A DNA stretch of 64,000 bases from an uncultured Planctomycetaceae bacterium (GTDB taxonomy: Bacteria; Planctomycetota; Planctomycetia; Planctomycetales; Planctomycetaceae), in the NCBI GenBank assembly GCA_963815195.1, contig CAWFGE010000013.1, forward strand, positions 1 to 64,000, read 5' to 3'. The position numbers and the translations under genes are program-made. Below the pieces are notes generated by a model. The model saw only the letters and a list, made by a program, of their open reading frames with translations, was not told the origin of the DNA and did no database searches. Positions 32,589-47,500 of this stretch are shown piece by piece (the first letter of the stretch is position 1; each line of letters begins with the position of its first letter).

Positions 32589-35500
32589 ATGAGATTACGT
32601 GCTGCGCGAGCCAAGAACAGATTGGCGGCTTCGCCAGTGACGACGCGGATCGGTGGCTTTCTTCGATGTTGGTTTCGCTGCTGGCCCGTTCCTCAAACCG
32701 GCCAGGGAACTCGACTGCGTCCCAGCCCCTCTTATGCGGATGAACTTGAAGATCGCACGCTTCTGTCCGCGGGTCCGCTTGAGTTCACGGTCGCGGACGT
32801 GAATCAGCCGGCGGATCTTCTTCTGACAGTGGAAGACCTCAATGGCACGGACACGGTTGAAATCCGCGACGGCGCGGTGGTTCTCGCGAGCCAGGCATTG
32901 GCGGACACCACGGCCGTCACGATCACCGGATCGAATCAGGATGACCGCTTGACCGTCGATGCCAGTGCGGCGAGGGATCTCATCTGGTCGTTTTTTGGTG
33001 GTCTCGGCGATGACGAATTGGCGATTCATGACCCGGGTCAAGGCCCGCAAGCCTTGACCCATATTCTGAATGGGTCGCAAGGGGGAAGCTTTGCGAGCGC
33101 CGACGGTCGCCTGTTGCAGAACTACACGGGCGTGGAGAACGTTTCGCTCGAGACCGAAGCGGACAGCCGTACGGTCCAACTCCCCAACGATGCCAACTTC
33201 ACCTTGGCTCAGGACGCTGACGGGAATCTCGTTGGGATGATCCAACAGGCCTTCGATGCGAAAACCGATCTCAGCGGATTGGATGGCAGCGACGGCTTCC
33301 AATTGAACGGATCAACGGCCGGGGGTGCGATCGGGACATCGGTCAGTCGAGCCGGGGACGTAAACGGCGACGGGGTGGATGATCTTATTGTCGGGGCACC
33401 GGGATTGGATCGAGCCTATGTGCTCTTCGGCAGCGACCAGGGTTTCCAGGCAACGGTTGATCCGGCCGATCTGGATGGCAGCAACGGCTTTGTGCTGACG
33501 GGCCCGAGCGGCCAAAACGTCGGCTATTCCGTCAGCGGCGGCGGGGATGTGAACGGCGACGGCGTGGACGATGTCTTGATCGGCGCGCCGGGACCGATGG
33601 GAGATTTCGGGGCGGGCGTGAGCTACGTGGTCTTTGGATCGGCGAGCGGCTTCCCGGCCGATTTGGATTTGACGACTCTCGACGGCACCAACGGTTTTGC
33701 CATCACGGGACTTGCGGACGGCGACGCGTCCGGTTTTTCGGTGGCCATCGCGGGGGATGTTAATGGCGACCTTGTTGATGATGTGCTAATTGGCGCGCCC
33801 GGGGCTGATCCCGATGCCGCGACGATCGATGCCGGGCAGGCGTATTTGTTGTTTGGGTCCGATCAGGGCTTTGATGCCTCGGTCAGCCTGAGCACTTTGG
33901 ACGGCAAAACGGGTTTTGCGTTGGACGGTGCCGCGGCGGGCGATGCGGCCGGTTTCGCGGTCGCTTCGGCGGGCGATCTCAACAACGACAGCTTGGCGGA
34001 CGTGCTGATCGGCGCTCCCGGTGCCGATGCCAACGGGGAAAACTCGGGCGCGGCTTATGTCTTTTTTGGGTCGATTGATTTCGCCGTGGCGGAAGGCCTC
34101 TCCGGGATGTTCTACCAGCCTGATCCGAGTGCTTCGATCAGCTCTTTGGCCGATGCGGAATCGGTGATCGCAGGAAACATCCCCGCGGCGACGTTTCTGG
34201 CTTATCAATTGGATTACCCCAACAGCGATGCGGCGGACACGATCGATGCCGAGACCAGCCTCGACGATTTTCTCGGTTTAAACATCGAAGACCTCGTCGG
34301 CGGCGATGACGCAACCATCGACAATTCGGCGTTCACCTTCAATGGCTCTCTCTATGTGGCCGAGCCCGGGGCGTACAACTTCGAAGTCGGATCCGCCGAA
34401 GGATTCCGGCTAACGATTGACGGGGAGACGGTGGCCGAGTTCGACGGGACGCGGGAGTTTGCCCAGACGAGCGGCAGCCATACGTTCGCCGCCCCGGGTT
34501 TCTATGCGATTTCCGTTCTGTATTACACGGACGACGACCCCGGCGGCATCGAGCTGAAAAGCGATCTGGTCACGACGGATGGTTCGCTCGACTTCATTTC
34601 CCGGGAGTACTTCTTCACGGCCCCGGCGATGAATGGGTTCGCGTTGAGCGAACTTGACGGATCGACCGGGTTTGTGATCAATGGCGAAGCGGCCGGCGAT
34701 GTACTGGGCACCGCGGTCGGAACGGCGGGGGATGTGAATGACGATGGAGCAACCGACGCGATTGTCGGTGCGCCAGGCTCCGATGCCGATGGCACAGACA
34801 GCGGCCGGGCCTATGTGGTCTTTGGGGAAAACCTCACGACGATCTACGATGGATTTGCCCCAATCCTCGAGAGCGGCGAGTTGGATGGAACGGCGGGATT
34901 CATTCTCGCCGGGGCCGCGGCGGGTTCGCGTGCCGGAACTTCCGTGGGCTTAGCGGGTGATTTGAACAACGACGGCGTCGATGATGTTGCCATCGGTGTG
35001 CCCGGATCCGATGCCAGCCAGGCCGGAATGGTGCAGGTGGTCTTCGGGGATCTGAGCTTGGGTAGCCCGGGCGTCTTCGACCTGAGCAGTCTCGACGGCG
35101 TTACGGGGTTCACCGCAAGCACGGGTCAGGCAGGGGACGGGTTCGGCGGTGCGGTGTCCGCGCCCGGGGACTTGAACGCCGACGGCATTGACGATTTCGC
35201 CATCGGCTCGCCCACGAGTGCGGGGAGCGGTTTGGAAACGAATGCCGGGGCTGCGTATGTGGTGTTCGGCCGCATTGCCGGCGGGGCCGTCTCCACAATT
35301 CAATACGCGCTGCCCGCTTCGTCCTTCATCATTGATGGAGAAGATGCGGAGGCGAATGTGACGTTGGGGGCTCCCGACGCTGCCCGAACTCTTAGGCGAT
35401 GACATCAACAGTAACGAGATCAACTTCAACGGCGTCGATCTCGAGGTCAAAGGAAAGAGCGTGACGGTCGCGGCGAATGTCGTGATTTCCACCCGGCGGA

Positions 35501-38500
35501 TCGACGGTACGGACTACGCCAACGCCCCCTCGACGGGCGACTCCGGCGACATCACCCTGAGCAGCAGTTTGGACCCGAAAAGTTCCACCTTCCAAGGAGG
35601 GGGAACGATCACCATTGGAACGGGGGCCGCCCTGTATGCGCAGGTGGAGGAAGGCAGCAGTTTCTCCGCCGGCGACATCCAGATCACGGCGGACAAAACC
35701 AATCAGACGAACCCGGTCACGTCGCTAACCGACGAAGGGACGCGGACGGCGACCGTTACCATCGACGAGGGGGCCCAGATTCTGGGCGGTACGATCGACA
35801 TCACCTCGACGGCCGGCATTCTGCCGGCGACGGCGGGAATGAATGCCGCGGCCGCGGGAATTGCCAAGGGCCTCTTCGCGGTGTTGGAACCGGTGACTGG
35901 GCTTTTGACTTTGCCGCTCGCCATTCAGATCTCGCTCGTCGATGCTTCGGTGGAAATTGGAAAAGACGAAGGCGCGGCGGTGACCATCCAGGGATCGGGC
36001 GACGTTACGATCGGAGCCACCGCCACCGCCGTGGCCACCGGCAATGCGATTTATTGGTTCAACACAACGTTCGGGGGGGCGTTCGGACTTTGGATTGCCA
36101 AATCGCAAAGCACGATCACGCTCCACGACAACGTGACCGTCGAGAGCACGGGAGCCGATGTCAAAATCGCCGCCGATTCGACGACCACAGCCGGAGGAGC
36201 GGCTCGCGTCAGTCAAAACCTCGATAGCCAAGTCAACATAAAAGGAGCGACAAAATCGCCCAACAACCCCAATAACATTGCGGTGGCCATCGGCGTCTCT
36301 TCCACAACCACCAATGCGATTGTCTCGGTCGACAAGGGGGGGCGGGTCATTAGCGACGCAGGAAATGTGGCCATTACGTCCGACGGCACGGAAAACGTCA
36401 AGGTCTATCCCGAAACCCGCTCCTATCAGGACGGCCAATACGGGGCGACCTTGGCTTTGGAGTTCGCCACCTCGGATATTCGCACTCTGATTCAGGGCGA
36501 AGTGCAGGCCGCCGGAAGCGAAGTGGGCCGCGCGATTACTTTCGATCCGTTTACCGCGCTCGATACCAAGGCGAACACCATCGATGTCGGAGCGGGACAC
36601 GGATACCAAACGGGCGACAAGGTCGTGTACTCCGCGGAACTGGGCGGCCCCATCGATGGCTTGGAACGCCTGGCCGATTATTACGTGATCCTCGTCGAAG
36701 GCAGTTCCAATCTGATTCAACTCGCGGCGACCGAACAAGACGCCTACGCCGGGATCGCGATCGACTTTCCCGACAACCCGACCCTGACCGGCGGCGGCCG
36801 CTCCCTGCCGTTCAGCCAGGTCGGCGATGTCAGCCACACAATCGACTACGGCTTCGCTCACGGCTTTACGCAAGGCGAACCCGTGGTTTACACGGCGGCC
36901 GAGGGCAAGCGAGTGGGCGGACTCGTCGATGGGCAAACCTATTATGTCGTGCTTGTCGATGGGGATGACACGGGAAGTTTGCTCCAACTTGCCACGGACC
37001 CGACGGGAACCAATCTCGTCGATCTGGATACCAGCCCAATTTTCACGGTCCAATCCACGGGGCGGGAGTTGGTCGTGGCGTCTGTGGAAGAAGGGCCGAG
37101 CACCATTACCTTCACCGAAGACGATGGCCTCTCCGCCGGAGATGCGATCGTGTTCTACCCGGCGCTCGGCTTTCAACTCGTCGACCCCGACACGGAAAAG
37201 CGCTACGCGGATGGCACGGTGTTTTATGCCATCCCCAGCCCTTCGGCGGACGATCCCACGCAACTGGACCCGACACAGATTCGCCTGGCGCTGACCCAGG
37301 CCGATGCCATCAGCAGCAACGGATATACCCATGCCGTGCCGCTTCAGATCGATGGTTCGCTGATGCTCGGGACCGATCATACGCTCTCGCCGACGGTGGC
37401 CGAGGGGATTACCGCCACCGCCACGCTGAGCGCCAGCCATGTGCTGGAAACGAAAGCGAGGATCGGCGGCGATGAAATGCTCGTCAAAAAACTCTCCCGC
37501 CCGGAGTTTTTCGGCAGTTTCCTTAACCAATACCGGACCAAGTTCTACGACCAGGTCAACAACGATCAGCTTGACGATGCGGCGAACAATAATGGACCGG
37601 TAGGCCAAAATGCCGACACGAGCAATAAGAGCTTCGAAGTTGCCGCGTCGATCGGATATTTGCAAGTCCATCGAACGGTCGAGACGGTCATCGGCAGCAC
37701 GGCGGTGCTCAAATCCGGTGCCGACATCAACATCGCCGCCACCGCGACGGAGACCGGCAACGAGATCATCGAGGCCGGAGTCTCCGAGGGTAAAAACAGC
37801 GAGGTGAAAGTCTCCATCGGGGCCTCCATCGCCGTGGCGACCTATGAAGGCATCGTCCGGGCGGTGGTGAATGACGGTGCGGAAGTGGATGCCAGCCGGG
37901 ACCTCATGGTCAATGCTCAAAACACGCGCCGCTTCCCGGCGAACGTCGAATCGGCCGCCGGTTTCTTCGAGAGCCTGCTCACCAATTTTGAATCCGACCC
38001 GGCGACGTTCCTTGGCGATCTCAACAAGAGCTTCCTGTATCCGTTCTTCACAACCGGTTGGGCGTACACAAACGTTGCGCCGAAGAGCACGGAGACGGCG
38101 TTGGCATTCACCGTGCAGGTTTGCGTGGACGATAACACCACCGAAGCCATCATCGCGGCCGGCGCAGATCAATCAGGACGACTCGTTTCAAAGCGACGAG
38201 CAATCGGTTACGGTCAACGCCGAGACGGAAATGCAATTGGTGAATATGGCCGGTGTGTTCCATTTCGGCTTCAATGCCGGGAACATTTTTGGAGGCATCA
38301 AAAACCTCGTTTATAAAGACGCGGAGGCCGGACTGAAGAAGCGGGAGAGCAAGCTGGTCGCGGTGGGGGCCGAGGCGGAAACCACCGCGGTGGGGGCCAG
38401 TTTTCAGTGGATTGACGTGACCAATCGCACGTTGGCTTCGATCGGCGGATCGTCACCGGTCCAAGACGACGGCAATTCGGGATCGGTTCCCTCGAGCGGG

Positions 38501-41500
38501 CAACCGGCGCGGGTTCATTCCGGCGTGGATGGCGGAACCAACGTGACCGCGCGCGATGAACTCTGGCACTTCGGGTTTGTCGATTCCGGGGCCAAGACCG
38601 CCGATGGCAAATTCGCCTTCGCCGGATCGGGGGCCGTGTTCCGTTATAACCCCAAGGACAATGGCCATACCACGGCGGAGGTTGCATCGGGAACGGTGAT
38701 CACCGGCGGTTCGCTCGACGTCCAAGCGACCGATCAAGTGATCCTCGTCAACCAGAACGGCAATTTCGTCACCGGCGATAGCAGCGGCAGCATAGGAGTC
38801 GGCGTATCCTATCAAGAAATTCACCGTCGCGTTCAAGCTTATATCGGAGACTTGAACGGCACATCGACGACCGCCTCGGACATTCAACTGGACCCGGGGG
38901 CCACCATCAACGTCGAAGCAATAAGTTCCGGATTTTCGGTTTCGTTCGTGTTGGCGGGGACGGTTCGCACCGATCCCGCCCCGGCTCAAAATGCCAACGG
39001 GCAAGACAATCCCCCCGCACAGGGCCAGAATAATAACGGCAATGGGGCCAACACCGGCAAGTCCGGCTGGGCCTTTGCCGGAGATGCAAGCGTGGTCGAT
39101 CTCCTCGCGGACCAGGTCTTGGCCTTCATCGATGATGAGGGCGCGATCTCGGCGGATAAAGTCACGGTCAACGCGATCAACGGCAATGGTTATGTCAACC
39201 TCGCCGGCGCGTTCTCGGTCGTCAAGACCGACTATAACTCGAACAGCAATACGGGGTTGGCAGGGTCGTTTAGCGACATTGAACTGCATCGCGGCGAGGC
39301 CGATGCGCTGGGCCGATACGATTCCGACACGCTGGCCTACATTCGTCGGGCGACTCTGGCCGTGGGAGATCAGGGTCTGCACATGACAGCCGATCGCCGC
39401 GGTGTGTATTGGGTCACGTCGGCCGGTGGTTCGGGCGTCTCCCAGGGCGATGGCCTTGAGGTGGCAGGGTCGGCGGCTTTGACCGATCTGGACTATGCCA
39501 CCCGAGTGTTTCTGCAACTCGTGAGCCTGTTTCTTGGCGGAGATTCGGAGATCAACGCGAAAGACGGCGTGGCCACGATCGCCTTTGCGGGCGATGGGGT
39601 CTATGGCGGCAGCTTGGGCTTTGGAACCTCCTGGGCCTGGAACCAGGTGGATCGCCGAGTGCAGGCGAAGATTATGGATTCCACGATCACTCAGTCGGCC
39701 GGCACCTTGAGCGGGGAGGCCGTGTTGTGGGACATTGCGAAGGACAATGGGCAAACGCTGCTTCCCAATTCCTATGCCGTCGCGGCCACTTTGGGACAAG
39801 GCGGTCAGGAAGCGGTATTCAACCTGACCGGTACGGTGGCGGTCAATGAATTCAATACCGGGACGACAGACAACGCCGTCGAAGCCTCGATGACCGGGTC
39901 CACCTACCGGCCACCGGAAAACGGAGCCGACGACGTCACCGGATTGTCATTATCAGCGACCGACAACACGAATGTTCTGGCATTCGCGGGAGCGGTTGAC
40001 CGAGGCTACGACCTGACGGTCGGCGTCGCCGTGGCGGATAATATTGTCAAGGACAATGCGGCGGCGTTCGTGGAAAACTCGACCGTGGAGGTCAACGGCG
40101 GCAATATCGACGTTGTCGCGAATATCAATCCCGAAATGAACGCCTTCGCCGTGGGAGTCGCAGTGGATAGTAACGGCATCCAGGTGGCCGGCTCTGGGGC
40201 GAACAACACCGGGGCCTTGACCGCCGATGCGCATGTTAAAGGTACAATCGCGGCATCGGGTTTAACCGACACGTCCCTCAGCGGCGCGGACGACATCACG
40301 GTTCATGCGGGGATCACCTACACGGATTTTGCCGCCGGTGCCGGGCAATTTGGCATCCAGTCCAACTCCAGTGACAACGGAGCGGCCATCGGGGCGGCGG
40401 TCGCGATTAACGACCTCTCTGATAACCAGATCACCGCTATGGTTCAGGACGCCTCGCTTTCTGCCGCCGGCGATATTGAAGTCTCGGCGGAGACAAAAAT
40501 GGCGGCGGGCGGTTTAATTCTCGGACTGGCGGTCGGAGGAGACGGAGCCGCGGATTTCGCTCTGGGCGGATCGGTTGTCGACAATACGATTGAGTCCACA
40601 ACTCAGGCGAACGTCACGGGGACCGCCGCCACGCTGATGGCGGGCGGAGACATTAAAATCTCCGCTCTCGAAAGCGGCTTGGTCGTGTCCTCCGGCGCGG
40701 GAGTCATCAGCGCGAGCACCAGTAACAAAGGCAAAGCCGCTGTGGGCGCGGCCGTGGCGACCAACACCGTGGATAGCACAGTGGCTGGCACTGTGGAAGA
40801 CGCTGCCTCGATCATTTCGACGGCGGGCACCGTGAGTGTGACGGCGGACCGCGCGGACGCGCAAATCGTCTCGGTGGCACTCGGCGGCGAAGACGCACAG
40901 AAGTTTGCGCGCTAGGCGGGTCGGTGGCCACGAACACGGTGACGCACACCACGGATGCCCATGTTTCCGGCGGTTCAGCGGTGCAGGGTGAGGCCGGCGT
41001 TGTCGTGCAGGCGCGCGAGGAATCTCCAACCATCGTGGCGGCGGCGGGGAATTTTGCGGTCTCGAACAAAGGGGTGGCGATTGGGGCGGCGATTCCCACG
41101 AATACGGTCACTCGTCACCTCTCGGCCTACGTGGGGGACGAAGACGAGGCCGATTTTGACGCCGGGGCGGACGGGGCGAGTTTGACCTCGGCAAACGGTG
41201 CCGTCACGGTCGCCGCCACGCGGCAAAGCAGCCTGGTGTTGGCGATAGGCGTCAGTGGAGTCGGTGCGGAATCGTTTTCCTTAGGCGGGTCTGTGGTGGA
41301 AACGAACATCAAGTCCTCCACCGTCGATGCTCATGTCTGGGGCGGCACGTTGGACGGCAATCAAGGCGTCGCGATCCAGGCCGAAGACACCAAAGCGACC
41401 AACGTCGCCGGGGCGGGGAATCTGGACTTGAGTTTTCTCTTCCAATCCAGCGGCAGCCAGAACGGCAACAACGGGAATGTTCAACAACAACCGCTCGTCG

Positions 41501-44500
41501 AGGATGCGGTGGATGAGGCCGAAGACGATCTGCAGAACGACGATAACATTTCCGAAGCGGAGGACAAAATCGACGAGAACTTGTCGGACCAGGAGGAACT
41601 CGACTCTCAAGAGCAAGCGGCGAATGGCAATATGGTCTGGAATCCCCTGTTGGAGGAGTACCAGGTTAACAGCGATCCGTTTCAAGGTCCCGTCGATGTG
41701 GTTTCCGACGCGTCCTCCGACCCAAATCCCGCGTCCCAGGAGCTTTCGGCCAGCGTTAGCGTCTCGGTCGGCCTGGCCCTGGCAAACAACCTCGCGTCGC
41801 GCGACAATCAGCCGACGGTGCTGGCGTTTGCTTCCGACGCCGTTTTGACATCGGAAACCGGAACGATCGAGGTCACCGCCGATCAAACGATTCTCTTTGT
41901 GACCGTGGCCGGCAGCGGATCGTTGTCGAACAACACCGTCAACGTGGACGGTACGGAAGCCACCACGGTTTTCCGGCCGATCACCAGGGCGTATATCGAT
42001 GCAACCGGCGGGACGCCTTCGATGGTCACGGCCGAAGGCAATGTGATCGTGGCGGCGGATTCCATCGTGCATGCGGTGACCATTGCCGGGAATATCGCCT
42101 TCAACAAAAGCGGCAGCAGCGTGGCCTTGACCTTTGCCACGATGGCCCACGAGAAAGGCACAACGGAAGCCTACATCGACAATGCCGACGTAACGGCGAA
42201 CGGAAACGCGGACGACTCGACCGTCACAACCGGTTCGCAAGGCCAGGCGACGACCAACGATCAGTTTCGCGGGGTTTCGGTCGCCGCGAATTCCAGGCAG
42301 GTCTTCACCACGGTGGCGGCGGGCATCGAAGTCGCCGGTAAGTTTAACGTCGCGGCGTCGGTGAGCATCAATCTCGTCGGGAGTGACGATTCTCTCACCA
42401 CTCGGGCGTACGTCGGCGAGGGGGCCACGATCAACGAGGCAAACAGCGCCGCAAATGACAAGCAATCCCTCAACATCTTTGCTCACAGCGACACCATCGT
42501 CCAAGGCGGCGGCGGGGCGTTTGGTGTTTCCACAGGCAAGAATCTGGGCGTCGGTGCCAGCGCGGATGGGGGCAATATCACAAAGACGACGGAAGCCTAC
42601 CTGTCGGCTAGCGTGGCGAATGTGAAGAACGTCGTTTCGGTGCAAGCTTATTCCGAAGAAGACCTGCTGTCCTTCGCCGGCACATTGGAACTCAGCAGCC
42701 AAAGCTCCGAACTCGCCGGGGCATTTTCCATGTATGTGTTCGACGTGACGACGAATGCCTATATCGGCAGTTCGAGCGGCAATGGCTCGACGAAGTTCGT
42801 GAAGGCCGACGGGAGCGTGCTTGTCGCGGCGAACAATGAGACGACGATCAATTACATCGTCGGAGCCGTCGAAGTGACGGAAGGGAAGGCCAGTGTCGGC
42901 GGGGCGGTCGTTGTGAACGTGCTGACCGGACACACGAATGCTTACATCAGCGGTGATGCCGTGGTCACGGCTTTGGCCGATGTCTCCACAGACACGATTG
43001 CCGCCGCCGCGGGTGGCTATGACATCGCATATGACGATGTCCCCGACGATGGCAGCCAGGTGGGGCCTCCCGGCAGCGTACCGACGGCAACGGGGGGTGA
43101 TGGCGAAGTCTCGGCCGACGACCCGGTCTGGACGAAAACCCGCGAAGCCACGGGAAAATATGCCGATATTCGCGGCGTGGCGGTGACATCGAATGTTTCG
43201 GAAACCCTCAAGGGCGGGGTCGCCGCCGTCGGAATCGGCCAGTCCGTCGCCGTTGACATTGGGGGCTTCGTTCCGATCAGCACCCGGCATACGAGGGCTT
43301 ATATCGCGGGCAATGTGAATCAAAGCCTGGCGGAGGCCGGCAACGAAAACCAGGACGTTGTGGTCACGGCGAGCACGGACTACCACAATCTCACGTTGGT
43401 GATTCCAATCGCCAGCGCCAGCTTTGGGATGGGGATGGCTGCGACCGCGGCGGGGGCGGGTTGGGTCAGTGCAAATCTGACAACCGAAGCCTTCATCGAT
43501 GATAACGCGCGCGTGCTGGCCGGCGGAGATGTGCTGGTCGTGGCCGTCGCGTCCGAACACATTGTCCGCGCGGTGTTCGGCGGAGCGTCCACGGCCGGCA
43601 AGACGAGCGTGTCCGTCGATTTGAACTTGGCGGGACTGTTTCTGACCACCCGAACGGATGCCTCGATCGGCCAAAACGCGATCGTCGTTGGCGGGGGCAA
43701 TGTGCTGGTATCGGCCGCGGACAATACGATCGCAACCGGAGTCGCGGGCGGTGCCGCCGCCGCCTTTTCTCCGGTGGGCGGCGGATTGGGAGCCGGCGTC
43801 GTCTATACCCACATTGGAAAATCGACCTCGGCTTTCATCGACGAGAACGCCCGAGTCGACGCCGGCGGAAACGGAGGTGAAATCAGCGTCATCAACGGCG
43901 AGATTGACGCCGGGAACAATTCGTTCGCCAGCGAAACCATCACGGGGCTCGCCGTCGAGGCCCAATCTTCCGAAAAACTGACGAATCTCGGCGTCTCTCT
44001 CGATGGCGGTGCAAATGCAGGCGTCGCCGGAGGAGTCACCTACACCAACGTCGATTCCGATACCTCCGCCACGATTGCCGCCAGTGCGCTAATCAATCAG
44101 AACGATACCGTTTCTATGTCAGGGTCTCAGTCGGTGAATGTTTCGGCGACGAATCAAGTATCGGTTCTCGATGCCGGGGGTGCGCTTGCCGCCGGGGCGG
44201 GAGTCTTTCGGGTGGTGTGGACGTGGGCATCATCCGCAATACGACGACCGCCTCGATCGCGTCCGGCGCCGAGGTTCATGCGAACAAAGATGTCGCCGTT
44301 TACGCCCTGTCCCTCAAGAACGTGAAAAGCTATGCAGTCAGCGCGGGCATTGGCGGCGTCGGTGTGGGAGCGTCGGTCTCGGTCTGGACCTTGGGCGATG
44401 CCTTCGATGCCGGTTACGACACCGCAGCCACCAGCGGCAACAACAGCCTGGCGATTCAGGATAAGAGCAGCACCAGCGATCCGTCGTATTCGAGCTTCGC

Positions 44501-47500
44501 CGACTACGCCGATGGGCAAACCAATCGCAGTGATGTGACCACCGCCATCGCCGGCTATTCGAATCCCGATGATGATTCCAATCAGGCCACGTTCCTGGGT
44601 ATTCGCGACCAGGTTTCCGGAACGGTGACGGACACTTCCAGCGCGCAAGCCACGACGGCCAGCGATGCGATCAATGCCAGCGACACGGCGAATACCGAAG
44701 GCGTGACCGAAGCGGTGATCGCGGGCACGGTCACGTCGGGCGGAAATGTTAACGTCTTTGCCAAAGAAGACGACACGCTGAAATACGTGGCGGGTGCGGT
44801 CGAGGTGGCCGCGAGTGGCAGCATCGGAGCCGGGATCGGAATCGCCACGATTAACGGTGCGGCTCTGGCCCATATCGATGGGATCGTCACCGCCGGGGGC
44901 GGCGTGACGATCGAAGCCGATCAAGAAGAGAATCTTGACGGAACGGCATTCATCGGCGAGGCGTCGACTCTCCCCGCCGCGGGGGCGGGCGTGGCGATCA
45001 TCAACGATCATAGTGTGCAGGACGCCTCGATCCGGGATGGGGCGCAAATCCTCTCGGCCTCGGCCATCACCGTGACGGCCAATCACGGCGATTCCAAGTT
45101 CGAAACGCTCGCGGTGGAAGCCCAGATCAGCGGCGTGGGGACGATCGGGGCTTCGATTGCACGCTCTGTGGCCGATGGCGAAACGTCCGCGTACATCGGC
45201 AATGCGACGATTGGGGACTTCAGCGCCACCACGCCCACGGTTGGGGATGTCACGATCGAAGCCGACTCCAATATCAGCCCCAAGGCGCGGGCCTATACCG
45301 GATCCGGCGGCGTCGCATTTGCGGGCGACGGCAATAAAGAAGTCGCCCAAGTCACCCCCACAGTGACCGCCTATTTCGCCTCCCAAGGGGGACCGGCGGC
45401 CGATGGAACCGTCTCCGGCGACAGCATCAATCGCGTCTCGGGCGATGTGACGATTGCGGTCAATTCCACGGCCGAACCGCGGGCCATCGGCGTGGGGATT
45501 GCGGTCGCTTCGGGACTGGCGATTCCCGTCACGTTGACCTCGGCGACGGCATCGCCCACTGTGGAAGCCTTTGTCGGGGAGAACACGATCCTCCATGTCG
45601 TCGGCAACGCCAAGACGGATCCGGATTCCGCCACGGGCCGGCTTGAGATTTCGGCAATTGCCGCCGATGACCCCCAAGCCGACGGCACCGCGGCCGGCGG
45701 CGCTGGGTCACCGGCGGCGGCACGGGCGTGTTTGCCACGAACAAGACAACCCTCGACGCTTACATCGCCAACGGCGCGACGGTCACCACCAACGCCGATG
45801 TGGAAATCCACGCGAGCCAGGACTATGTGGGGTATTCCCGCGGCCAGGGGGCCGACTACGGGGGATTCAGCGTGAACATCAACCAGGCCACGCTGGATAT
45901 TGAACCGGCCGTCGATGCCTATGTGGCCTCGGCCAATGTGACGGCGGCAGGAGATGTGACCGTCGAGTCCGAATCCGGCTCACCCGGCACGCTGCCCGAT
46001 CTGTCGTTCGATTCCGGGGTGGGCGTCGATTACGACCAGAACATCATCACCTTCTCCCGGCCGCATGGTTTGGACACGGGAGATTCCATCATCTACCGAA
46101 CAAACGGACATGACCCCATCGGCGGATTGGTGGACGGCGCGACGTACCAGGTGATCCGCGTGAGCGACACCGCGATCCAACTGGGCACGTTCATCTCGGC
46201 CGACCAGGTCGATAACGCGACCGGGGAAATCCAGTTCGATCTTCCCCATACCTTCGAGAACGGGTCCGCTGTGGTCTATGACGCCAACGGCAACCCGTGG
46301 ATCAACGGGCTGCGAAACGGCACGACCTACTTCATCAACGCCCTCGATGCCAGCGCCGTCAAACTGGCGTCCACGGAAGAGATCGCCAGCAACGAGTCGA
46401 TCGCGGCATTCAACGGCAAAAGCGCGGTGAACTATGGCACAAACGAGATCACTATGCCGGTGAGCTATCCTGCGACCGGCCTGCACCAGACATTTGCCGT
46501 CGGGCAAGTGGGCGCGGAGTTTATTACGACGCAGGAAAAAAGCACATCACTCGCGGTGGGGGATGCGGTGATGTACGCCCCGAACGCCAGCGCCCTCACG
46601 GTCGAACCCTTGACTCGCTTTGGGGTGTATTACATCGCCAAGATTCAAAAAAACGGCGGTGGATATGTGCAGATCGCATTGGCGCAGACGCCCACGGACG
46701 CCGCCGCCGGCAACACAATCCATTTAACATCCCAAGGCGCGGGAGAATTGGTCGGCGTAGATGTGGAGCATTGGCAGCTTGCCAGTGCGGGCGTCAATAC
46801 GCCGGCCGCCTTCGTGTTTTCGGGCTACGTGCTTTATGGGACGTCGGCCATTTTTAACCCCGCTGAGCCTTTTCCATTTGTGACCGGAGACCAGGTAAGC
46901 TGGGTGCGGACGGACGGGGATTACGCCGAAGACGTGCGGTTCGGACTCCTGCCATATATTTCGTACTATGTGAGCGTGGACAATGAAGGAGGAGCGGGCA
47001 CGTTGCAGTTGGCGAGTTCACTGGAAGATCTTCAAAACCAGAAATTCATCACTCTCACCGAACCATCAAGCTTTGAGGCGGATCCGGAAAAGAACAACTT
47101 CTTCCTAGCGCTCCAGATTCCAGCCAAGACAGGAGATGCCTTCACGTATCGGGGGCCGCAAGCCATCTCCTTCAGCGGCGACAATATTAATGTGCCGGAG
47201 GTTGAGGATCCTTCGATTGTCCATTCGATCGAGGTGACCGATGGGGATACGCTCAACACCCTGCTTTTGGATGTGCAAAACGCTTCGCTGCAGCCAGGGG
47301 AGCAGCACGGGCTGCTCGGCACCGTGTACCGTGATACCACCGTGTCTGTCAATTCTCTCTCCGTGGCTCAGCAACTCACAAAATTCGATCCGTTTTACGC
47401 CTTCGTCGCCAGCGAAGTGGACTATCCCCGAAGTACTTCCAATATAACCGACCAGACTCCCCTGGCGACGTATTTGAACCCTGACGACGATTCTCTCATC